From: Polyangiales bacterium
Lineage (GTDB): Bacteria; Myxococcota_A; Polyangia; Polyangiales; Polyangiaceae
Length of the DNA: 45,831 nt
Assembly: GCA_038230375.1 (NCBI GenBank)
Contig: JBBRNJ010000072.1
Location: forward strand, 1-45,831
Reading direction: 5' to 3'
The first letter of the stretch is position 1. Each line of letters opens with the position of its first letter. The notes beneath the pieces are model-generated. The model did no database searches. It saw nothing but the letters and a program-made list of their open reading frames with translations, and was not told the origin of the DNA. The translations under genes were made by a program, and so were the position numbers. This document shows positions 36,695 through 45,831 of the stretch, in pieces.

Positions 36695-39409
36695 ATGAGC
36701 AGTCGTCCCTGTACCACCTGCGGCAAGGCGCTCCCGGACGGCGCGCGTTTTTGCGGCCAGTGCGGCACGCGGCTACCCGACTCCGTGCCAGCCGCGCCGC
36801 CTGCGCAGTCCGCTTCGGCGCCGCCCATGGTGTCTGCCCCTGCTCCGCCGCCCGGCCCCGCCCCTGTCGCGTCGCTGGTCGCCGCGGCCGCTCCTGTCGG
36901 CGCACCAGGCTCCCCGCCCACAGGTGGCCGCGCCCCGGCTGCCCGCACGATGGTCGAGTTCCAGGCCCCGCCCGTGGTTGCCCGCCGCGATCCGAACTTT
37001 GACGACTCCCAGACGGTGAAACGAGATCGTGCCGACCTCGTCGAGATGATGAACGCATACGAAGCCGAGCGCGCGAGCTCCAAGATGAGCGCCGCCCCGG
37101 TCGCCGAGCCTCCCGCGACGACCAAGCGGCCCACGGAACAGCCGCTCGCAGAAGAGGAGGCTCGCGTCGCAGCGGCGAAGCACGAGGCCAAGACCGCGCC
37201 CGACATGGCGCGGACCATCACGAATCCGGTCGCTGTTGGCGCTGGAAATCCGCTCGCGAAGACCATCATGGAGGCAAGTCCGTTCGGCGCATCGCAGACG
37301 CCGTCTGGCCAGGCGTTCGACAAGACCATCTCCGACGTCGATGCGGTAGCCCGTGCGCGCGACATGGTGCTGGGCGCCATCCGCGATGGCAACATCGCGC
37401 CCCCGCAGCCCGCCTCGATCAGGCCAGAGCCAGGCTCTGCGCCCGTCGTGTCGCTCGCTGACTCTGGGCCGGTACGCGCATCGGCAAGGCCGCCGTCCGA
37501 TCTGCATCAGACGCGCGCCGACGCCTTCCTCCAGGCGCAGCATCGCGCGCAGGCCTTCGACACCGCGACCGTTCATGATGGCACGGAGCGAAGCCCGCTC
37601 TCTCAGAGCGTGGGCTCGACACCACCCCCACCGCCGACGCCGCAGGTGACAGTGGTGAATGCGCCAGCTCCCGTACCAGCTTCCCCAGGCGCGAGCGGCG
37701 GTGCGAGCGGTGGCGGTGCTGCGCGAACGATGATGGGCGTGGCGGCCGTGGACCTCGCCGCGATCAACGCCGCGCGCGGCATCGTGGCCGCGGGCCAGCA
37801 ACCACCGCCCCAGCAGGCGCCGACGCAGCAGGCGCCAACGCAGCAGGCGCCAACGCAGCAACCGCAGCACGGCGGCGGTGGGGCGAGCAAGACGATGCTC
37901 GGCGTTGCGATCCCCGGCATCGCGCCGCTCAATCCCGGCCAGCCTTCGCACGCTGCTCCTCACGCGGCGCAGGCGCCTCAGGCGCCCGGACACTTCGGCA
38001 GCCAGAACAAGACGATGATGGGCGTGGCGATGCCGGGCATCGCACCGACCCGCAACGCCGAACAACCGCACCAGCAGGGTGGCGGCGGGTACAGTCGTCC
38101 GCCTTCGTCGCAGGTGAACAACACCATGCTGGGCGCCTCGATGCCGATGATCGCGCCGATGCCCGCGCCCTACGTCGAGGAGCAGCTGCCGATGGCGCCC
38201 ATGGTGGCGCAGAAGCGCGGCGTGCCCATCGTCGTTGCCATCGGTCTCCTCGCAGTCCTCTTGCTGCTCGGTGCCGGGGCGATGTTCGTCCTCTACAAGC
38301 CCGCTCCGCCTGTGGTGGCGGTGCCCGAGCTCGACGCGGAGGGTCGCGACATACTGAAGCTCAGGTGCGAAGGCTGCGCCGACGGCACGAAGATCAGCGT
38401 TGGTACGGCCACGGCCACGCTCGCCGCGCACGAGGCGCACCTGCTTCTTCCGCAGCCGCTGAAGGTGGGCCAGAACCCGCTCGTGCTGAAGATCGATCGT
38501 CCGGGCGCCGGCCGCGACGAGGACGCCAAGATCGAGGTGCCCGTCGCCTTCCGCCTCCGCGCGGACCTCTCCACGCTCTCGGCCACGCCTCCGACCATCA
38601 CTGTGCGCGTGGAGGCGCAGCCGGGGTCGGACGTGCGTATCGCGGACAAGCCCATCGCGCTGGATGCCAAGGGTGAGGCGGCGCTCGCCGTGGACGTTGG
38701 CCCCGACACCATGGGCCCCAGCGACGAGACCAAGCGCATCGATCGCACGATCGACTACGCGATCACTCCGAAGGGCGGCGTGCCGCAAAAAGGCACCGTG
38801 CGCGCGCAGGCAGGCATCGCAGCGCTTCACATCGACACGCCGAGCAGTCATGCAGTGATCGAGCAGGAGTTCTCGTGGGTGTCTGGTCAGACAACGCCCC
38901 TTGCGGAGGTGTCCATCAACCAGCAGAAGGTGACGGCGGACGCCGCTGGGCTCTTTGCGACGAAGCTCGATCCGCTGCCCATGGGCGAGACGAAGGTTCA
39001 CGTTGTCTCGCGCCCGAAGAACTTCGCCGCGCGCACGCTGGACTTTGCGATCACGCGGGTCTTGCACCTGGAGGACGCCGCCAAGACGTTCGAGGCCGAG
39101 GGCCCGCTTGGCTACGATGCCTATGCGGACGGCACGAACAGCCGCAACGGCGCGAAGGTCGCGCTGGATGGCGAGATCGTGGAGGCGCGGCGTGGCACGG
39201 CGCACCAGTGGCTTTTGCTCGTCGAGACACGTCGCGGTTGCTCGAAGCTCGGTCAGTGCCTCGTGCGCGTGCAGGACTTCGGCGAGAGCGACATCACGCG
39301 CGGTGAGCGGGTGCGCATCTACGGACGCTTCCTGCACACCGTCACCGCAGCAGGCAAGACCATCCCGGAGGTCGCGGCGGACATCACGCTGCGAAGGAGC
39401 GGCTCGTGA
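36695..39409 (+). CDS. Zinc-ribbon, long disordered region, single TM, periplasmic Ig-like/OB-like domain protein
   Basis: CTTCG.....ARFCGQCG; Pro/Gln-rich region; TM VVAIGLLAVLLLLGAGAMFVL; beta-rich C-terminus. Confidence 0.85.
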   Translation: MSSRPCTTCGKALPDGARFCGQCGTRLPDSVPAAPPAQSASAPPMVSAPAPPPGPAPVASLVAAAAPVGAPGSPPTGGRAPAARTMVEFQAPPVVARRDPNFDDSQTVKRDRADLVEMMNAYEAERASSKMSAAPVAEPPATTKRPTEQPLAEEEARVAAAKHEAKTAPDMARTITNPVAVGAGNPLAKTIMEASPFGASQTPSGQAFDKTISDVDAVARARDMVLGAIRDGNIAPPQPASIRPEPGSAPVVSLADSGPVRASARPPSDLHQTRADAFLQAQHRAQAFDTATVHDGTERSPLSQSVGSTPPPPPTPQVTVVNAPAPVPASPGASGGASGGGAARTMMGVAAVDLAAINAARGIVAAGQQPPPQQAPTQQAPTQQAPTQQPQHGGGGASKTMLGVAIPGIAPLNPGQPSHAAPHAAQAPQAPGHFGSQNKTMMGVAMPGIAPTRNAEQPHQQGGGGYSRPPSSQVNNTMLGASMPMIAPMPAPYVEEQLPMAPMVAQKRGVPIVVAIGLLAVLLLLGAGAMFVLYKPAPPVVAVPELDAEGRDILKLRCEGCADGTKISVGTATATLAAHEAHLLLPQPLKVGQNPLVLKIDRPGAGRDEDAKIEVPVAFRLRADLSTLSATPPTITVRVEAQPGSDVRIADKPIALDAKGEAALAVDVGPDTMGPSDETKRIDRTIDYAITPKGGVPQKGTVRAQAGIAALHIDTPSSHAVIEQEFSWVSGQTTPLAEVSINQQKVTADAAGLFATKLDPLPMGETKVHVVSRPKNFAARTLDFAITRVLHLEDAAKTFEAEGPLGYDAYADGTNSRNGAKVALDGEIVEARRGTAHQWLLLVETRRGCSKLGQCLVRVQDFGESDITRGERVRIYGRFLHTVTAAGKTIPEVAADITLRRSGS
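37811..37860 (+). repeat. 15-bp in-frame repeat (QQAPT x3)
   Basis: CAGCAGGCGCCRACG x3 plus a partial copy. Confidence 0.85.
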
Positions 39410-40683
39410 ACGGTCGGCGCGGCAAGCTGCTCGGCATCTTCGCGATCGGCGTGGTCGGCTCGTGCGGGGTCAGCGCGTGGTCGGTCGCTCATTCCCCCAC
39501 GGAGGCAGGCGCGCAGGAGATCGACCCTCGCAGACCGCGCACGTTCGCGGTGGGGGCGCCGTCCGGTGCCAGCGTCGGTGCACGCGCGGATAGCTCTCGC
39601 TCGGGGCGCTCCGACGACTCGCTGCCTCACGGCGCGCTTCGCCTTGCGTGGCCGCGTCGCTCGCTCAACGTGACGGTGGAGCACGCGCCGCTCGTCCGCG
39701 CTGACGGCAGCATCGTGGTGGTGACGTCCCGCGGCGACGTGCACTTCATCGACGGCCGCGATGGTGACGAGATCGGGAAGGTACCGGCCGCGGAGCCACC
39801 GGCATCGTCGCCCGTACTGCTGTCCTCCGGTCGCGTCGCGTATCTGGGCACCAGCGGTCGCACGATCGTTCTCTCTCAGGACCGCGTGGTCGCGTCGCAG
39901 ATCGTCGCGCGCGATCGGCCCGCCCACGTGGCGCCTCTTGCCACCCGGGATGGCGGGTTCATCGTTGCCACTGCGACCGAGCTCATCGCATGCGACTCGG
40001 AGGGGCGTCCGCGTCATCGCGCGAAGGTGCCGCTTGCGCCCACTGGCGCGCTGCTGTCGAACGGGCACGAGGTGCTCGTGGTCGTCGCAGACGGTACGGT
40101 GCTGTCGTGGGTTCCGGGTGATCTGGAGGCGAGCCGTGTGGCGTCGTTCGAGGCGCCGGTCGATGGCAACGCGGTGCTCGCGAAAGGCGTGCTCTATGCG
40201 GTTGCGCGTGGCTCGCAGCTCGTGGCGCTCGATCTCTCGCATGGCGGCGCGAGCTCGATCCGCGCTGCCGCTGCCGTGGGGCTCTTCCTTGGCCCGCCGG
40301 CGGTGCGAACCAGCGGCTCGATCAGTCTGCTGCAGTACACCGCCACGAATGCGATCGCGGTGACCTTCGAGCCAGATGGCACCGACGGTCCTCGCACGAA
40401 CGTCGGTACGCGCACCGCGGTGCCCATGCCCGACGGTGGAACTGCAGCACTGGTGGCGCCGCCACATACCGGTGTGATCGTGGACGACGACAAGGCGATC
40501 GCCTTCATGACGCCGGAAGGTCAGATCGGTGTTGTCACGCGGGAAGGAGTCGACACGCTTGGAGAGAACGCGTGCGGCACCAGCGTTGGTCGCCGCGCCA
40601 TCGGACAGCTCGCGCCCGCTGGCAAGGGTGCCTTCGTGATCGCGTGCGAGACCGGCACCATCGTCAAGGTGACCACCAAGTAG
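39406..40683 (+). CDS. Exported PQQ/BamB-like beta-propeller protein
   Basis: GTGA overlap; signal segment; R.D..RSGRS...LP....LAW, PLVRADG.IVV and repeated beta blades. Confidence 0.75.
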   Translation: MNGRRGKLLGIFAIGVVGSCGVSAWSVAHSPTEAGAQEIDPRRPRTFAVGAPSGASVGARADSSRSGRSDDSLPHGALRLAWPRRSLNVTVEHAPLVRADGSIVVVTSRGDVHFIDGRDGDEIGKVPAAEPPASSPVLLSSGRVAYLGTSGRTIVLSQDRVVASQIVARDRPAHVAPLATRDGGFIVATATELIACDSEGRPRHRAKVPLAPTGALLSNGHEVLVVVADGTVLSWVPGDLEASRVASFEAPVDGNAVLAKGVLYAVARGSQLVALDLSHGGASSIRAAAAVGLFLGPPAVRTSGSISLLQYTATNAIAVTFEPDGTDGPRTNVGTRTAVPMPDGGTAALVAPPHTGVIVDDDKAIAFMTPEGQIGVVTREGVDTLGENACGTSVGRRAIGQLAPAGKGAFVIACETGTIVKVTTK

Positions 40684-40736
40684 GATGCTGCGGCACGGCG
40701 CGCCGAGTCTCACCCTCACGTAAGGGTCGCATGATG

Positions 40737-40765
40737 CTTGAATTTTTTTTCAGCCGGACTATGTT
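40737..40765 (+). promoter_or_regulatory. Promoter of the Fe-S carrier gene, probably leaderless
   Basis: (C)TTGAAT-N16-TATGTT ending 6 nt before the ATG; no Shine-Dalgarno. Confidence 0.5.
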
Positions 40766-40771
40766 TCTCGC

Positions 40772-41095
40772 ATGATCACCATCACCGACAAGGCTGCGGC
40801 CAAGGTTAATGAGATCGCCACGTCGGAGAACCTCGGTGGCCAAGGGCTGCGGCTTCGGGTGATCGGCGGTGGGTGCGCTGGCTTCCAGTACGATCTGTAC
40901 TTCGAGGACGCGACCACCGACATGGACGAGTCGTTCGAGTCCAACGGCGTGAAACTCTACGTGGATCCGCTGAGCTTCCAGTACCTGGAGGCGACCGAGA
41001 TCGACTACGTCGAAGGCGCGCACGGCTCCGGCTTCAAGTTCAACAACCCGAACGTCAAGGGCAGCTGCGGCTGCGGCTCCTCCGTCAGCTTCTAG
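40772..41095 (+). CDS. iscA: A-type Fe-S cluster carrier (IscA/ErpA/HesB family)
   Basis: ITITDKAA, GGGCAGFQY, VDPLS..YL....IDY, GFKFNNPN..GSCGCGSS. Confidence 0.95.
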   Translation: MITITDKAAAKVNEIATSENLGGQGLRLRVIGGGCAGFQYDLYFEDATTDMDESFESNGVKLYVDPLSFQYLEATEIDYVEGAHGSGFKFNNPNVKGSCGCGSSVSF

Positions 41096-41148
41096 AGCGC
41101 TCATTTTCGACGTCCAGCCGTATCCCCCGCGCGGAAACGGACTGTTCC

Positions 41149-41183
41149 AGAAGACCGAAAACCTCAATGGTTTTCGGTCTTCT
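41149..41183. other. Perfect 15-bp inverted repeat (terminator or operator)
   Basis: AGAAGACCGAAAACC-tcaat-GGTTTTCGGTCTTCT. Confidence 0.75.
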
Positions 41184-41272
41184 TGCATTTCGACAGCGAG
41201 GGGGTTGCCACGGAGGGAGGAGCACGTCGGATTTTTGACCCCCTTCTCCCTGGACGGACATCGGAACCCACC

Positions 41273-42109
41273 ATGGACGCCACGAACTTCCGCTCGGCCT
41301 TCGACAAGTACCCCCGCCTCACCCGCGAACGCGAGCACATGCTCGCTGTGAAGGCGAAGAAGGGAAACAGGGCCGCGCTGGATGAGCTCGTCCGCTCCAA
41401 CCTTCGCTACGTCATGCCGATCGCGCTGCGGTACCGCCGCTATGGCGTGCCCATCGCGGACCTCGTGAGCGAGGGCGCGCTCGGGCTGATGGTGGCCGCG
41501 GAGAAGTTCGATCCGGAGCGCGGCACGCGCTTCGTGACCTACTGCGCGCACTGGGCGAAGGCGATGATGCTCGACTTCGTCATCCGCAATCACAGCCTTG
41601 TTCGCCTGTCGGCCGGCTCGCTGCGCTCGAAGGTCTTCTTCCAGCTGCGCAAGGACAAGGACAAGCTGCTTCGCGAGGAAGGCATCGGCCGCGACGAGGC
41701 GATCGAGATCCTCGCCGCGCGCTACGGAACGAACCCCGAGCGGCTCGCGCGACTGGCCGTGCGGCTCGAGGCCCGTGACGTGGCAGGCGACTCCCCCGTC
41801 GCACACGAGGCGAACACGACCATCTTCGACAACATCCCGACCGACGAGCCTTCGCAGGAAGAGACCTTCGCGACGAAGGAAGAGGCGGACCAGATCAAGA
41901 CCAAGGTGCGCGAGGCTGTCGCCCTCCTCGACGAGCGCGAGCGCTTCATCGTGCGCGTGCGCGTGATGGCCGACGACCCGGACGAGATGAGCCTTGCAGA
42001 GCTGGGACGCAAGCTCGGGGTCTCGCGCGAACGCGCACGCCAGATCGAGGCGCGCGCAAAGGAGAAGCTCCGTCAGCGCCTCGCCCAGGTCGCCCCGCAC
42101 GCGGCCTGA
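41273..42109 (+). CDS. rpoH: RpoH/sigma32-like group 3 sigma factor
   Basis: LVRSNLRYV, DLVSEG..GL..A.EKFDPERG.RFVTY..HW, RpoH-box-like SKVFFQLRK, SLAELG..LGVSRERARQIE. Confidence 0.85.
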   Translation: MDATNFRSAFDKYPRLTREREHMLAVKAKKGNRAALDELVRSNLRYVMPIALRYRRYGVPIADLVSEGALGLMVAAEKFDPERGTRFVTYCAHWAKAMMLDFVIRNHSLVRLSAGSLRSKVFFQLRKDKDKLLREEGIGRDEAIEILAARYGTNPERLARLAVRLEARDVAGDSPVAHEANTTIFDNIPTDEPSQEETFATKEEADQIKTKVREAVALLDERERFIVRVRVMADDPDEMSLAELGRKLGVSRERARQIEARAKEKLRQRLAQVAPHAA

Positions 42110-42255
42110 GTTGCCGCTGCCTGCACCGCCCGTCACACCTGTGTGTGTGGTGCGTGATGCACAGTGCGCGGTGCGTTCGGAGTGAAACCCCGTTCTCGAC
42201 TCGTCCGCGCGACCTCATATTCTCGATCGGAACGCGAGTTGCTATTCCATGGGCG

Positions 42256-42948
42256 ATGCGCCGATGGATGCCTGCCCTTCTCTGCCCTCTCCTGCTCGCC
42301 ATTCCCTCGCGTGCGTTCGCCGAGCCCATCAAGCCTGCCGAGCCCACCAAGCCTGCCGAGCCCACCTTCGAGCGGTTCATTGGGTCATTCGACGTCCTTG
42401 GGCCCGTCGTCAACCGCTACGGCGTCACGGGTGAGATTGTCATCGCAGACCGCAATAGCGTGACCGTGGCTCCGTGGTTTGCGGTCGGACACACGAACGG
42501 GTCCACGGATCTCAGCTTCGGCGGCGGGGACCCGGCGATCACGTATGCGGTCGACTACAAGGGCGGCGGGCTAGATCTCCAGTACCGTCGATACGTCGGT
42601 CCGTGGCACGGCGCGCGCGGGTTCTTCATCGCGCCCGGCGTCACCGGCGCGGGCTTCAGCACGCAAGGCGTCGGTTGCTGGGCGTCCACGATCGCGAACG
42701 GCTCATCGCCGGTCTATCGCTCCTGCGAATCGGACAGGCGACAGTCGTGGACGAACCTCACCGGCTCGTTCGACGTTGGCGGCCAGGCGATCCTCGGGGA
42801 CGGGTTCACGCTGGGCGGATCCGTCGGAGTGCGCGCCACCGCGGCGCTCGGCAACTACGACAGCAGTGTCCTCCCGTTCGACTTCAAGCTCGCAAACGGC
42901 GACGGCCTTGGTGTTCGTGCTCGGCTCTGGGGCGGGTGGGCGTTCTAG
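42256..42948 (+). CDS. Small outer-membrane beta-barrel protein (DUF3575-like)
   Basis: Signal peptide ending AFA, short AEPTKP repeat, YRRY.G..GARGFFIAP, C-terminal GWAF. Confidence 0.7.
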   Translation: MRRWMPALLCPLLLAIPSRAFAEPIKPAEPTKPAEPTFERFIGSFDVLGPVVNRYGVTGEIVIADRNSVTVAPWFAVGHTNGSTDLSFGGGDPAITYAVDYKGGGLDLQYRRYVGPWHGARGFFIAPGVTGAGFSTQGVGCWASTIANGSSPVYRSCESDRRQSWTNLTGSFDVGGQAILGDGFTLGGSVGVRATAALGNYDSSVLPFDFKLANGDGLGVRARLWGGWAF

Positions 42949-42951
42949 CGC

Positions 42952-45831
<2,880 letters not shown>

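Overview
High-GC (about 70% by eye) bacterial chromosomal window, most likely from a myxobacterium of the Polyangiaceae/Labilitrichaceae type (MYXO-CTERM tail, many Cys-rich lipoproteins, Ser/Thr kinase-PEGA pair, FHA-bEBP, ECF/anti-sigma cassette). Left to right: (1-2.8 kb) copper module with the start of a TolC-like gene and copA; (3.0-5.2 kb) a decaying accessory patch with TetR, frameshifted DUF2269-like and COG4705-like genes, and the orphan 3' half of a tRNA-Gly(CCC) that looks like an att scar; (6.1-9.8 kb) an NTT-type transporter-HEAT gene coupled to a tandem cNMP-fold protein; (9.8-23.8 kb) secreted and signalling genes, including an NlpC/P60-MYXO-CTERM protein, a zinc-ribbon/YGxP peptide, two 24-Cys paralogous lipoproteins behind a sigma54-type promoter, a kinase, an apparently inactive FHA-bEBP, two back-to-back gene fragments and an ECF cassette; (23.9-27.8 kb) a DprE1 + two DprE2-like + LPG-synthase-TM cluster; (27.9-30.7 kb) lipase, metallopeptidase, lipoprotein and a 37-bp x4 tandem repeat; (30.7-36.6 kb) a yggX / fused GltD-FNR flavo-Fe-S protein / DUF72 / pseudo-GGT operon; (36.7-45.8 kb) zinc-ribbon membrane protein, beta-propeller, IscA/ErpA, RpoH-like sigma, OM barrel and partial metH. 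I found no CRISPR array, intact transposase or integrase, or rRNA. All family calls come from reading motifs by eye, not from database searches.
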